From Coriobacteriia bacterium (GTDB lineage: Bacteria > Actinomycetota > Coriobacteriia > Anaerosomatales > PALSA-660), in the NCBI GenBank assembly GCA_025361885.1, contig JANYJF010000009.1, positions 3,696 to 67,695 of the forward strand: DNA of 64,000 nucleotides, in the 5' to 3' direction. Positions 36,366 through 46,064 of this stretch are shown one piece after another. Position 1 is the stretch's first letter, and each line of letters starts with the position of its first letter. The notes beneath the pieces are model-generated. The model was not told where the DNA came from. It worked only from the letters and a program-made list of their open reading frames with translations, and did not search any database. The translations under genes and the position numbers were made by a program.

Positions 36366-38366
36366 CTAGTGCTTCGTGCACACCGACTTCGGGACCAGCT
36401 GGGGCTCCAGGTCGACCGCGACGACATCGGGACACCGCGGGTTCGCGAGCAGGAACGTCGCGCGGCAGATCCGCACATGCACCGTCTCTTGGCCACTCCC
36501 TCCGCCCGAGGACGTCGTCGGCGCCCCACCCCCGGCGCCGGCCGCTCCCATCACGGGCAGAGCCGCACCCGTGTACCGCCCCCAGATCGCGGCGGGGAAC
36601 GTCCCGCCGGCCACCTTGGTGCCGCGGACATCCGTCATGTCGATCTGCGCCTGCCGGTAGCCGACCCACACGGCCGTGCACAGGTCGCCCGAATACCCGA
36701 CGAACCATGCGTCACGGTACGACTGCGTGGTGCCCGTCTTGCCAGCGGCCCAGCCTCCGAAGCGGGCGTTCATGCCGGTCCCTCGCTCCACCACGTCATG
36801 GAGCATCCCCGAGACCTGCGCGGCCACGTCCTGGCCCACCGCACGCTTCGGGGTCGTCTTCGGTTTGAGCACGACGCGCCCCGAGCCGTCGGATACCATC
36901 CGGATCGCGGTCGGCTCCACCCGCATGCCGCCCGACGCGAGCGTGCCGTATGCCGACGCCATCTCGAGCGGCGAGACACCGTTGGTGAGCCCCCCGAGGG
37001 CGATGGCCGGGTCGGCGTTCAGTGGTGTGGTGATGCCCATCCGCTTGGCCGCGTCGACGACCGAGGCCGGTCCCACCTCGAGCACGAGACGGGCGAAGAC
37101 CGCGTTGACCGACCAGTCTGTCGCGGCGCGCAGCGTGAGCTGCCCGGTGGTGAACCCGTTCTCGTAGTTCGTGACGTTCCACATCCTGTCCTTGACCTTG
37201 ACACTCAGCGGCGAGGTCTCGAACTGACGGTCGGGACTCACACCCTTCTCGAGCGCCGCGACCAGCACGAACGGCTTGAACGCGCTGCCCGGCTGGCGCC
37301 GGCCCTGCGCTGCGAGGTTGAACTGCCCGGTCTTGAAGTCGCGGCCGCCGATCATTGCGACGATCTCGCCCGTGGCGGGGATCACGGAGACCACCGCGGC
37401 CTCCGGATCCGTCGGGGCTGTGAGGACCGAGGCCACCGCGGCCTCGGCCTGACGCTGCACCGCCGGGCGCAGCGTGGTGTACACGCGAAGACCGCCGGTG
37501 TACACGGCCTGTGAGCCAAGCTTGGCGATGAGCTCCTGCTTCACGTACTCGACGAAATGGGGGGCGATCTTCGCGACGTCCGCCAGTGCCGACTTGTTCA
37601 GCGCTACAGGCGTCTTGCGTGCGGCGACCTCCGCCTCCGACGTGATCGTCCCCAGATCGCGCATCTTGATCAGGACTGCGTCACGACGCAGCGTGGCGAG
37701 CTTGAGGTCGTTGGTCGGCGCGGCCTTCGTCGGCAGGTCGATGATCCCGGCGAGTGTTGCGGCCTCAGACAGGGTGAGCTCCGAGGCAGGCTTGGCGAAG
37801 TAGCCGCGCGCGGCGCTCTCCACTCCGTAGCGGCCGTCGCCGAAATACGCGAGGTTGAGGTATGCCTCCAAGACCTTGTCCTTGGAGGAGCGGGTCTCGA
37901 GCAGGTAGGCCATGAGCACCTCACGCACCTTCTGGACGAAGGTGCGCTTCTGCTGCGCCATGATCATCTTCACGAGCTGCTGGGTGATCGAGGCACGCCC
38001 GCCACCGTCCGCTGTGCTCATGCCCAACGCTTTGGAGACTGCGCCAGAAGCCAGACCGGCGTGCGCATAGAAACCCGGGTCCTCCGCAGCGACGACCGCG
38101 TCGCGCATCGCCTTGGGGATGGAGGTGAGCGGGATCACCTTGCGGTCCTGGCCGCCGTGCCATTCCGCGATCACGGAGTCGTCAGCGGCGTACACGATCG
38201 ACGTTCGGGGGGCGCCCAGACCCGGGGGCGCCGTGTCCAGGTCGGGCAGCGTCGTCGCGAGCCACATGAGCCCCGCGCTGGCTGCGAACGCCAGGAGCGC
38301 GACAGCGAACAGCGCGATGGCGAGCGATCGCAGGACGACGACCGTGAAACGACGACCACTGGTCAT
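36366..38366 (-). CDS. Class A penicillin-binding protein (transglycosylase/transpeptidase, PBP1A-like)
   Basis: 666 aa. N-terminal TM anchor, GT51 motifs (AAEDPGFYAHAG, ITQQLVK) and transpeptidase SxxK (GSAFKP), SxN (WSVN), KTG (AGKTGTT). Confidence 0.93.
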   Translation of the reverse strand: MTSGRRFTVVVLRSLAIALFAVALLAFAASAGLMWLATTLPDLDTAPPGLGAPRTSIVYAADDSVIAEWHGGQDRKVIPLTSIPKAMRDAVVAAEDPGFYAHAGLASGAVSKALGMSTADGGGRASITQQLVKMIMAQQKRTFVQKVREVLMAYLLETRSSKDKVLEAYLNLAYFGDGRYGVESAARGYFAKPASELTLSEAATLAGIIDLPTKAAPTNDLKLATLRRDAVLIKMRDLGTITSEAEVAARKTPVALNKSALADVAKIAPHFVEYVKQELIAKLGSQAVYTGGLRVYTTLRPAVQRQAEAAVASVLTAPTDPEAAVVSVIPATGEIVAMIGGRDFKTGQFNLAAQGRRQPGSAFKPFVLVAALEKGVSPDRQFETSPLSVKVKDRMWNVTNYENGFTTGQLTLRAATDWSVNAVFARLVLEVGPASVVDAAKRMGITTPLNADPAIALGGLTNGVSPLEMASAYGTLASGGMRVEPTAIRMVSDGSGRVVLKPKTTPKRAVGQDVAAQVSGMLHDVVERGTGMNARFGGWAAGKTGTTQSYRDAWFVGYSGDLCTAVWVGYRQAQIDMTDVRGTKVAGGTFPAAIWGRYTGAALPVMGAAGAGGGAPTTSSGGGSGQETVHVRICRATFLLANPRCPDVVAVDLEPQLVPKSVCTKH

Positions 38367-38539
38367 GTGAGTGCCCGATACTCCGATCCGGATCCCCGGT
38401 GCCGGCGGGGCGGCTCGCGGGTGATGTCCACGGTCCGATCAAGCAGCGCACCGGCGGCACCGGGCGTCGGAGTCGAGCCGCACTCCTGCTAGACTTGGCA
38501 GCCATGACACCACCACCGTAGAGCAGGGACCGCGAGCAC

Positions 38540-39190
38540 ATGGTAGCACGGCCGAATGACACCCCAGCGCGCAAGAGAGCGACCGTCGCCACTGTCGCGG
38601 GGGAACTGTTCGGGTACTGGCGGGTGGCGGTCACGAAGGCGCTACGAACGGCCCGCTCCCTGCCTTCGCGATCCGGCGCGACCATCTGGCTGGCGTCGGT
38701 CGCGGACTTCATCGGTCGGCCCGAAGGCATGATCTGCTCGGACGACCCGCGGGCGCGGGTCCTCGTGTCTCGGACGGGATACGGGTTCCTGGCCATAGGG
38801 ACGTCTCTGGCTGCGTTCGTGACATGGCACAGTGGGGCGGGTGCGGTCGCCGCGGTCGCCGACGGCGCGTGGCTGATCGTCTGGGCGGGTGCGCGCTTGG
38901 CCGTCATGCGTCTAGCCGCGAGCGGAGAGCTCCGGGCCCGGCCGGCATCCGTTGACGTCGCTTGGTCGGGCGGCCTCATGCCCCTGGCCCTGGCGGTGAC
39001 ACCCTATCTTCACGCCGTTGCGCTCGTCGCTTCGGCGGCGCTGACGTGGCGCGCCCTGCGAGCCGGGGGTGGCACGAAGCGAGAGGTGTGGTCGATGGTA
39101 GGAGCTGCGTTCGGCGGACAGGCGGCCGTCGAGGTCGTCGCGTGGATGGTGCGCGGCGGCGTCATCTACGCGCTCGTGCTCGGCCGCTGA
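38540..39190 (+). CDS. Hypothetical membrane protein
   Basis: 216-aa ORF with strong G/C third-position bias and 4-5 hydrophobic segments. The competing minus-strand ORF 38182-38979 is Arg/Ser/Ala-rich and looks non-coding. Confidence 0.45.
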   Translation: MVARPNDTPARKRATVATVAGELFGYWRVAVTKALRTARSLPSRSGATIWLASVADFIGRPEGMICSDDPRARVLVSRTGYGFLAIGTSLAAFVTWHSGAGAVAAVADGAWLIVWAGARLAVMRLAASGELRARPASVDVAWSGGLMPLALAVTPYLHAVALVASAALTWRALRAGGGTKREVWSMVGAAFGGQAAVEVVAWMVRGGVIYALVLGR

Positions 39191-39235
39191 CGGCGGTACG
39201 CCGTTGGCGTTCGGCCGCTGGCCGTCCCAGCGACT

Positions 39236-40162
39236 CTAGAGGCCCGCGAACTCGTCGACCTCGACGGTCTTCCGCGCTCGAGAGCCCGACGGGCGCCACT
39301 CGGCGAGCACGACTCCCGCGAGAAGGATGACGGCGCCGGCCCACTGCAGGGGCGAGAGACGCTCGCCCAGGACCGCCATCGCGAGCAGGATCGTGAACAG
39401 CGGCTCGAATGTGGAAATGATCGCCGCCTGCGCTGCACCGAGCCCGCCGAGTCCGCGCAGATACAGCAGCACCGCGATCACCGTGGGGATGAGCACGATG
39501 AGCGCCAGCAGGCCCCACACCCCAGGCGCCCACGCCGCGGTCGACAGGCTGTTGCCCGACAGGAGCGTGACCGCCGCCACGCCGATTGCGGAGATGGCGA
39601 ACGTGTAGGTCATCAGCACTATCCGGGGCTGTCGTCCCATCCAGCGGAAGGAGAACACGTTGAACACCGCGTAGCCCAACGCGGCCCCCAGCCCCAGAGC
39701 GACTCCCGTGAGGTTGGCAGAGCCGCGCGCACCCAGCACGTCGGCCACGAGCGCGCACCCGGCGAACGTCAGGCTGATCGCGGCCAGGCGCCGCCACGTG
39801 AACGGTTCCCCCAGGAAGACCCAGGCGATGAGCGAGACGATCGCGGGGTACGTGTACAGCAGCACCGTCGTCACCGAGGCGCCGACGTACCTCACCGCGA
39901 AGAAGAAGCACAGGGACGCGGCGCCGTAGCCGGTCAGCGACAGGATGGAGTAGCGCCCGATGTCTCCGGCGCTGACTCTCAGCGCCCCGGGTGAGCGCAC
40001 CAACTGCCACACGGCCAAGACAAGGGCCACGGCCACGAACCGCCATGTGAGCAGCGGCAGTGGGCCCGCTCCGTAGCGATAGGCGATCTTGGTGAGCACG
40101 GCGAGCGTGGAGAAACACGCTGCGGAGGCAACCACCGATATGAGCGCGCCCCGTCTCTCCAA
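39236..40162 (-). CDS. EamA/DMT-family transporter
   Basis: About 10 TM helices in two EamA-like halves. The start is uncertain: TTG 40160-40162 with GGAGAGG upstream is preferred, and the track ORF extends to GTG 40237. Confidence 0.78.
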   Translation of the reverse strand: MERRGALISVVASAACFSTLAVLTKIAYRYGAGPLPLLTWRFVAVALVLAVWQLVRSPGALRVSAGDIGRYSILSLTGYGAASLCFFFAVRYVGASVTTVLLYTYPAIVSLIAWVFLGEPFTWRRLAAISLTFAGCALVADVLGARGSANLTGVALGLGAALGYAVFNVFSFRWMGRQPRIVLMTYTFAISAIGVAAVTLLSGNSLSTAAWAPGVWGLLALIVLIPTVIAVLLYLRGLGGLGAAQAAIISTFEPLFTILLAMAVLGERLSPLQWAGAVILLAGVVLAEWRPSGSRARKTVEVDEFAGL

Positions 40163-40286
40163 GGTCCCCGACCTCTCCACACGATCACCCGTGCCCGCAT
40201 CGCATGCCGCCCACCGTGGCGCAAACAGGCGCGCCACGTCAATGTCTTCGACCGTCTGACGGTCGGCGGGATGCTAGACTCTCGCC

Positions 40287-40703
40287 ATGACCGATCCGGC
40301 AGCCACTCCCCCTCGCGGGATCTCCCTCGCGCCTGGCACCACGCTTCGCTGGTGCGCGGTCGCCGCATGGGCTGCCGTGATCTTCGCGATGTCCTCGCTG
40401 CATGGCTCGCAGGTCCCCGGGCGGTTCGGGAACGAGGCGCACGTGGTCGAGTACGTGGTGCTCGGCTCACTCGTGGTGTTCGCACTCCTCGCGTCCCTCG
40501 ATGTCGGGAGAGCGGCGTGGCTCGCGGTCGCCATGTGCTGGGTCTACGCGTTGAGCGACGAGTGGCACCAGGCGTTCGTCCCCGGAAGGGTGCCCGACCC
40601 CATGGACTGGACGCTCGACGCGATCGGGGTGGGCATCGGTGTGGCGCTCACGCTGCTCGTGCTCGACAGACTGACCCGCGAACCGTCGCGATCGGACGCA
40701 TGA
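40287..40703 (+). CDS. VanZ-like family membrane protein
   Basis: 138 aa, 4 TM. HVVEYVVLG and SDEWHQAFVPGRVPDPMDW match the VanZ-like pattern. Confidence 0.78.
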   Translation: MTDPAATPPRGISLAPGTTLRWCAVAAWAAVIFAMSSLHGSQVPGRFGNEAHVVEYVVLGSLVVFALLASLDVGRAAWLAVAMCWVYALSDEWHQAFVPGRVPDPMDWTLDAIGVGIGVALTLLVLDRLTREPSRSDA

Positions 40704-40768
40704 TAGAATGTCCGTCGGTCGGGGGGACCGTCTCTCGGCTATCAGTGCACTCGAGCAGTGGAGGCCTA

Positions 40769-42229
40769 ATGCCTGATCGTATCCGCCGGATCGCCCTCGT
40801 GACGCCGCCGTACCACAGCGGGGTCGTGGAAACGGCTGGAAGCTGGCCGAACGTCGCCTTCGTCTACATCGCCGGAGCACTGCGTGCCGCCGGCTTCGAT
40901 CCCATCATCTACGACGCGATGACGATGAACCACGACCTCGATCAGATCGCGACGCACTTGGCCGAGATAGGGCCGGATGTCGTTCTGACCACCTCGTACA
41001 CCTCGTCGTACCCGAAAGCGGCGCAGCTCCTGCGGCTGGTGAAGGAGGCGCTCCCCGGCGTCGTGACGGGGATCGGCGGCGTCCACGCGCACTTCATGTA
41101 CGACGAGGTCCTGCGCCTCGACGGTGACGCCGTCGACTTCGTCCTGCGGGGAGAAGGCGAGCGGACCGCGGTCGAGCTGATGCGCTGTCTGGACGCGGGC
41201 GACGATCCCGCCAAAGTGACCGGCATCGCCTACAACGTCGCCGGCACCCCCTTTGCGACGCCGAGCCGTCCGTTCATCCACAACCTCGACGACATGCCGG
41301 CTGCGTGGGACCTCGTCGACTGGGACATCTACACGTTCTACCCGATGCCCGAGACCAATCTCGCGATCGTCTCATCATCTCGCGGGTGCGACCAGGCGTG
41401 CTCCTTCTGCAGTCAGCAGGTCTTCTGGCAGCGCACGTGGCGCGCCCGAAGCGCCGAGGACTTCGTGTCCGAGCTCGAGATGCTGCGCGACAAGTTCGGC
41501 GTGGGTGTGGCGATGCTGTCGGACGAGACGCCGACCTTGGACGGCCAACGGTGGGAGCGCATCCTCGACCTGCTCATTGAGCGCGACGTAGGCATGCACC
41601 TGCTCATGGAGACCCGCGTGGACGACGTCTTGCGCGACGAGGCCATCATGGGCAAGTACAAGCGGGCCGGCATCGAGCACATCTACGTGGGCGTGGAGCG
41701 CACAGACCAGGCGACCCTCGACATGTTCAAGAAGAACACCGAGGTGGCGATGGGCAAGCGCGCCATAGAGCTCATCAACTCGCACGACATGATCTCGGAG
41801 ACCTCTCTCGTGCTCGGCCTGCCGGGCGACACCCCCGCCGACATCAAGGCGACCTTCGACCTCGCGGTGCACTACGACCCGGACCTGGCGTTCTTCCTGA
41901 CCATCGCGCCGTGGCCGTACGCGGACATGTATCCCGACCTCGAGCCGTACATAGTGAGCCGGGACTACGAGGACTACAACCTCGTGGCACCTGTCGTGAA
42001 GCCCGAGGCCATGACGACGGACGAGCTCATGAAGATGGTCATCGACTGCTACCGCAACTTCTACATGGGCAAGCTCAAGCGCGTGCCGACGATGTCGAAG
42101 TCCAAGCGGGACTACTTCATGATCACGATGAAGCTGCTCATGGATAACAGCTACCTGAAGCAGCACATGGGCGGTCTGGGCAACATGCCAGCGGAGGTCG
42201 ACGAGCTGCTCGCCAAGTACGTCAGGTAG
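40769..42229 (+). CDS. Cobalamin-binding-domain radical SAM enzyme (unknown substrate)
   Basis: ATG 40769 (GTGGAGG RBS) gives 486 aa. N-terminal B12-binding Rossmann-like domain (IALVTPP...VAFVYIAGALRAAGFDP..YDA), then a radical SAM cluster motif SSRGCDQACSFCSQ (Cx3Cx2C). Confidence 0.85.
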   Translation: MPDRIRRIALVTPPYHSGVVETAGSWPNVAFVYIAGALRAAGFDPIIYDAMTMNHDLDQIATHLAEIGPDVVLTTSYTSSYPKAAQLLRLVKEALPGVVTGIGGVHAHFMYDEVLRLDGDAVDFVLRGEGERTAVELMRCLDAGDDPAKVTGIAYNVAGTPFATPSRPFIHNLDDMPAAWDLVDWDIYTFYPMPETNLAIVSSSRGCDQACSFCSQQVFWQRTWRARSAEDFVSELEMLRDKFGVGVAMLSDETPTLDGQRWERILDLLIERDVGMHLLMETRVDDVLRDEAIMGKYKRAGIEHIYVGVERTDQATLDMFKKNTEVAMGKRAIELINSHDMISETSLVLGLPGDTPADIKATFDLAVHYDPDLAFFLTIAPWPYADMYPDLEPYIVSRDYEDYNLVAPVVKPEAMTTDELMKMVIDCYRNFYMGKLKRVPTMSKSKRDYFMITMKLLMDNSYLKQHMGGLGNMPAEVDELLAKYVR

Positions 42230-42238
42230 GCGGCTCCG

Positions 42239-43342
42239 TCAGTAGATCCCGCTCTCGGCGGCGGTGTGGCTGTCCACTCCCAGTTGGCGCACCTTGATCT
42301 TGAAGTCGTGCGCGTTGCCTGCCATGGACACCGCGTCGTCCATCGTGATCTGGCCGGCCTGGTACAGCCGCAGCAGCGATTGGTCGAAGGTCTGCATACC
42401 GTAGTACTCGCCCTCGTCCATCGCATCGCGGATCTTGTACGTCTGCTCGGAGTCCAGGATGTACTCGCGGATAGTCCCGGTCATGACCAGCGCCTCCACC
42501 GCGGGCACCAGCCCGCCGTTGATCGACGGGATCAGCCGCATCGACACGATGCCCTTCAGCGTCGAGGCCAGCATGAGCCGGACCTGCTTCTGCTGGTACG
42601 GCGGGAAGAAGTCGATGATGCGGTTGATGGTCTCGGTGGCGTCGATCGTGTGCAGCGTCGAGAACACCAAGTTGCCGATCTCGGCCGCCGTCAGGGCCGC
42701 GGAGACCGTCTCGTGGTCGCGCATCTCTCCGATCAGGATGACGTCGGGGTCCTGCCTCACGACGTGCCGCAGCGCGTCGGCGTAGCTCTCGGTGTCGATG
42801 CCTATCTCGCGCTGGTTCACGATGCACTTCTCGTCGCGATGGAGGACCTCGATGGGGTCCTCGATGGTCACGATGTGACCTTCGCGCGTGTGGTTGATGT
42901 GGTCGATCATCGCAGCGAGCGTCGTGGTCTTGCCCGAGCCGGCCGTACCGGTCACGAGCACGAGGCCCCGCGGCTCGTTGGCCAGCTGCAGGATGACCGG
43001 CGGAAGCCCGAGATCCGTGATGGAGCAGCGCTCCGTGGAGACACGCCGCAGGGTCATCGCGACGCTCCCCCGCTGGTGGAAGACGTTGACGCGGAAGCGC
43101 CCGACGCCCGAGAGCGAATACGCGAAGTCGATCTCGCGATGATTCTCGAAGGTGGCCTGCTGCCGTTCGTCCATCATGCCGATGGCGAGGCGCTGCGTCA
43201 TCTCTGGCGTGAGCGACTGGATCTCGCGCAGGATCACCAGCTTGCCGTTGAGCCGCACCGCCGGAGGGCTGCCGGCCTTGAGATGAAGGTCGGAGGAGCC
43301 CTGTTCCGCCATGAGCTTTAGAAGTCCGTCGATCTCAGCCAT
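42239..43342 (-). CDS. pilT: Type IV pilus retraction ATPase PilT
   Basis: MAEIDGLLKLMAEQGSSDLHLKAGSPP..R..G, Walker A GTAGSGKTTT, Asp box, Walker B VILIGEMRD and His box. ATG 43342 preferred over the track start 43375. Confidence 0.9.
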   Translation of the reverse strand: MAEIDGLLKLMAEQGSSDLHLKAGSPPAVRLNGKLVILREIQSLTPEMTQRLAIGMMDERQQATFENHREIDFAYSLSGVGRFRVNVFHQRGSVAMTLRRVSTERCSITDLGLPPVILQLANEPRGLVLVTGTAGSGKTTTLAAMIDHINHTREGHIVTIEDPIEVLHRDEKCIVNQREIGIDTESYADALRHVVRQDPDVILIGEMRDHETVSAALTAAEIGNLVFSTLHTIDATETINRIIDFFPPYQQKQVRLMLASTLKGIVSMRLIPSINGGLVPAVEALVMTGTIREYILDSEQTYKIRDAMDEGEYYGMQTFDQSLLRLYQAGQITMDDAVSMAGNAHDFKIKVRQLGVDSHTAAESGIY

Positions 43343-43459
43343 CGTTGCAGTCACTCCACAGCCGTCCGCCGTCACATACCGGAACGCTCAAGAGCATACC
43401 GCAAGTGAGGGTGATGGGACTCGCTGGAAGCCGAAGGACGAGCGGCGGGCCAGCTCCTG

Positions 43460-44506
43460 CTACGGCCTGCTGGCACCGGCGAAGTTGCTCTGGAGCGGGC
43501 CGATCTTGACCACGTCGCCGGAGTGCGGCGCATGGATCATCTCGCCGCCCCCGATGTAGATGCCCACGTGGTGGATCGGGCTGCCGAAGAACACCAGGTC
43601 ACCGGGCTGCAGGTCCGCCAGTGAGACGCGCTGGCCCACGTTGATCTGGTCCCGGGAACTGTGCGGCAGGGAGATCCCCACCTTGGCGTAGGCCCACATC
43701 GTGAGACCGGAACAGTCGAACGAGTTCGGGCCGCTGGCCGCCCACACGTAGGGAAGCCCGAGGCGCGAGCGGGCGAAGTCGACCACGCTACCGTGCGCGG
43801 GGATCGTCGGCGTCGGGTAGTGCCCGCCACCGCCACCGCCACCGCTGGTGCTTCGACGCGAAACCAGCGCCCGCGCGGCTGCGAGCCGTGCGGCCTCGTC
43901 CGCGGCCTGCAGCGCGGCGACCTCGGCTTCAAGGCCAGAGAGCGCCTTCTTGCGCTCCTGGAGCTGCGCGGTGATCTGGCTCTTGCGATCCGCCATGGTC
44001 TTGAACTGGCTCTTGGCGTCCGCCTGAGCGACGAGAAGCTGTCCCTCGGTGCTCTTGACCTGGACACGCGTGCTCTTGAGATCGACGACCGTGATGGCAT
44101 CGGCCTTATTGACCTGGTTGAGCAAGTCCCACGTGGAGGCGAAGTCGTCGAACGTTCGGGAACCCAGCAGCACGGAGACCATGCCGGTGGGCCCGTTGCG
44201 GTACATGCCGTCGGCGCGAACGTCGAGGCTGCCCTGGAGCTGGTCCTGATGGGCGGTGAGCGAAGCGAGATGGGCCTGGGTGCTCTTGACCTTGGCCGTC
44301 AGCTGCTTGTACTTCTCAGACGCCTTGTTGTAGTCCTCGCTCGCGACTTCCATCTTGACGTCGAGGGAGTCGACCTGTGCTTTGACGGCCATCGCCTGCT
44401 TCTGCTTGTCGGCGACGGCGGCCGGCGAGGCGTACGCGGGAACGATGGCGGACAGAAGCAGTGCCGCCGTGAGCAGGGAGATCAAGCGAAGTCGAGAGGG
44501 GGTCAT
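43460..44506 (-). CDS. Secreted coiled-coil + NlpC/P60 peptidoglycan endopeptidase (RipA/CwlO-like)
   Basis: ATG 44506 (AGGAGG RBS). Signal peptide ...VPAYA-SP, a long coiled coil and a C-terminal NlpC/P60 domain (FDCSGLTMWAY...HHVGIYIG...IHAPHSG). Confidence 0.9.
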   Translation of the reverse strand: MTPSRLRLISLLTAALLLSAIVPAYASPAAVADKQKQAMAVKAQVDSLDVKMEVASEDYNKASEKYKQLTAKVKSTQAHLASLTAHQDQLQGSLDVRADGMYRNGPTGMVSVLLGSRTFDDFASTWDLLNQVNKADAITVVDLKSTRVQVKSTEGQLLVAQADAKSQFKTMADRKSQITAQLQERKKALSGLEAEVAALQAADEAARLAAARALVSRRSTSGGGGGGGHYPTPTIPAHGSVVDFARSRLGLPYVWAASGPNSFDCSGLTMWAYAKVGISLPHSSRDQINVGQRVSLADLQPGDLVFFGSPIHHVGIYIGGGEMIHAPHSGDVVKIGPLQSNFAGASRP

Positions 44507-44577
44507 GGCCTTCGCCTCCTTTGGGAGGTCGCAGTCAGATACGCCGTCGTCGGCGAGAGGTGGCTTGGAAAACCCGG

Positions 44578-45495
44578 TCAGGATACCACAGGCCGGCGGG
44601 CCGCATCCAACCCGAGGCACAGTCCATCAAGCAAACCCACCGCCAAGTGCTGCAGTTCATGCTCTCCGGAAACATCCGCGTCACCGAGCACGACGGCCAC
44701 ATCGAGAGGCACGCAGGCCGCTGCGTTCAACGCCGTGACCATGCGGGTCGCCAAGGTCGGATCCGGGCCGTCGCAGCACCGCACCACCGGCATGGCGGTG
44801 GTCGTCCGCGGTGCCTCACGCCCGATCCGGACGATCGCGGCAACACCAGCCGGGGCAGTCTCAGCCACGGTCACCAGGGCGCCGTCCCAGCTGGCGGCCG
44901 CAAGGTTCGCGACCCGCTCCGCAAGACGCCGGCCGTCCTCGTCGGACGGCACGATCGCAACCGGGGAAGACGCGAGGACCCCGGCGCTGCGGGCCGGCAT
45001 GGCGCGCAGGCCCGACGGGGTGGTCGGCGTCTTGTCCGCCCACACGTGCCGCAGGCTTCCGATCGCTCGCACCGTGTCCATCCCGACGATCCCGTCGTCG
45101 GGCAGACCGGTGTTGGTCTGGAAGTCACTGACCGCGCGCTCGGTGAAGGCTCCGAAGATGCCATCATGCTCGCCGCACGCGAACCCGAGCGCGTTCAGCG
45201 CTCCTTGGAGCGTCCGCACATCGGCTCCGTGGAAGTACGGTCGCCGCAGGTATAGGAGCCTGTCGCCCAGGCTGAAGGTGGCATCGACGAGGGCCGACCA
45301 TGTGCGTGGACCGACCTCACCGTCCTCGGCCAGGTCAAGCTCACGCTGGAACGCGCGAACGGCCGAGAGGGTCGCGCCTAGGAACACGCCATCGACTCCC
45401 GTACCCCCCAGCACGATGCCGAGGGTGAGGAGTCTGCGTTGGATGTCTTCGACTGCTGGGCCGCGGTCACCCTCGCGGATTGGTCTGGATTCCAC
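44578..45495 (-). CDS. Protein with two PG_binding_1-type peptidoglycan-binding repeats and an unassigned C-terminal domain
   Basis: 305 aa. GDRGPAVEDIQRRLLTLG...DGVFLGATLSAVRAFQ and GADVRTLQGALNALGF...DGIFGAFTERAVSDFQ repeats. No obvious signal peptide. Confidence 0.7.
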   Translation of the reverse strand: MESRPIREGDRGPAVEDIQRRLLTLGIVLGGTGVDGVFLGATLSAVRAFQRELDLAEDGEVGPRTWSALVDATFSLGDRLLYLRRPYFHGADVRTLQGALNALGFACGEHDGIFGAFTERAVSDFQTNTGLPDDGIVGMDTVRAIGSLRHVWADKTPTTPSGLRAMPARSAGVLASSPVAIVPSDEDGRRLAERVANLAAASWDGALVTVAETAPAGVAAIVRIGREAPRTTTAMPVVRCCDGPDPTLATRMVTALNAAACVPLDVAVVLGDADVSGEHELQHLAVGLLDGLCLGLDAARRPVVS

Positions 45496-45555
45496 GCCGC
45501 TCCTGAGATGCCGGCGACGATGCCCGAGGATGCCCGGGCCGACTCCGACGTTGGC

Positions 45556-45891
45556 CTAGTGCGTACCGTACCGCTCGCGGAACTTCGCGACATTCGCTTG
45601 CACGAACTCGTTGTGAGTCTCCGCGCGGCGCAGGAAGCGCTCGATCTCCATATCGACGATCGTGTCCCGGTGGTACCGGTAGCGGTCCGCGTCGGCGGAG
45701 AGCACGTAGAAGTCGGCAAGCACACATAGTATCACGCCGGCAGTCGTCTCATTGAGACCTGCTCGGCGCGCGACGTCAGTCACCGAGAGCGGCTCGTCGG
45801 GGTGGTGACGGAAGAGACGAAGGATGTCCTTGGCGGCCGTCTCGCTCATCCGGTCGTCCGGGATCTTCTCAAGGGCTCGCTTGAGGCTCAT
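45556..45891 (-). CDS. Small hypothetical protein, possible winged-helix fold
   Basis: Internal ATG 45889-45891. 111 aa: MSLKRALEKIPDD...LSVTDVARRAGLNETTAGVIL. The HTH-like segment is the only clue. Confidence 0.5.
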   Translation of the reverse strand: MSLKRALEKIPDDRMSETAAKDILRLFRHHPDEPLSVTDVARRAGLNETTAGVILCVLADFYVLSADADRYRYHRDTIVDMEIERFLRRAETHNEFVQANVAKFRERYGTH

Positions 45892-46064
45892 CGACGGCAC
45901 TTCCCTTCGCCCGTCGTGGTCAGCTCGTGCTCGCAAGCCGATCCTCGGGTCTCGCTCACATGGTACCCCGCACACTCATGTGAGTCACAGCAATCTTCAC
46001 GCCGATTAAGGTATGTGAACTCGTCTGAACGCTTCTCCCATGACACGCGACGGGCCCTGCGGCA

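Noticed and set aside
38182-38979. Minus-strand 265-aa ORF overlapping the plus-strand hypothetical membrane protein gene.
   Set aside because: - The product is Arg/Ala/Ser/Pro-rich with no hydrophobic core or motifs.
- The plus-strand frame (38540-39190) shows a coding-like G/C third-position bias and TM segments.
- Confidence in either call is still modest.
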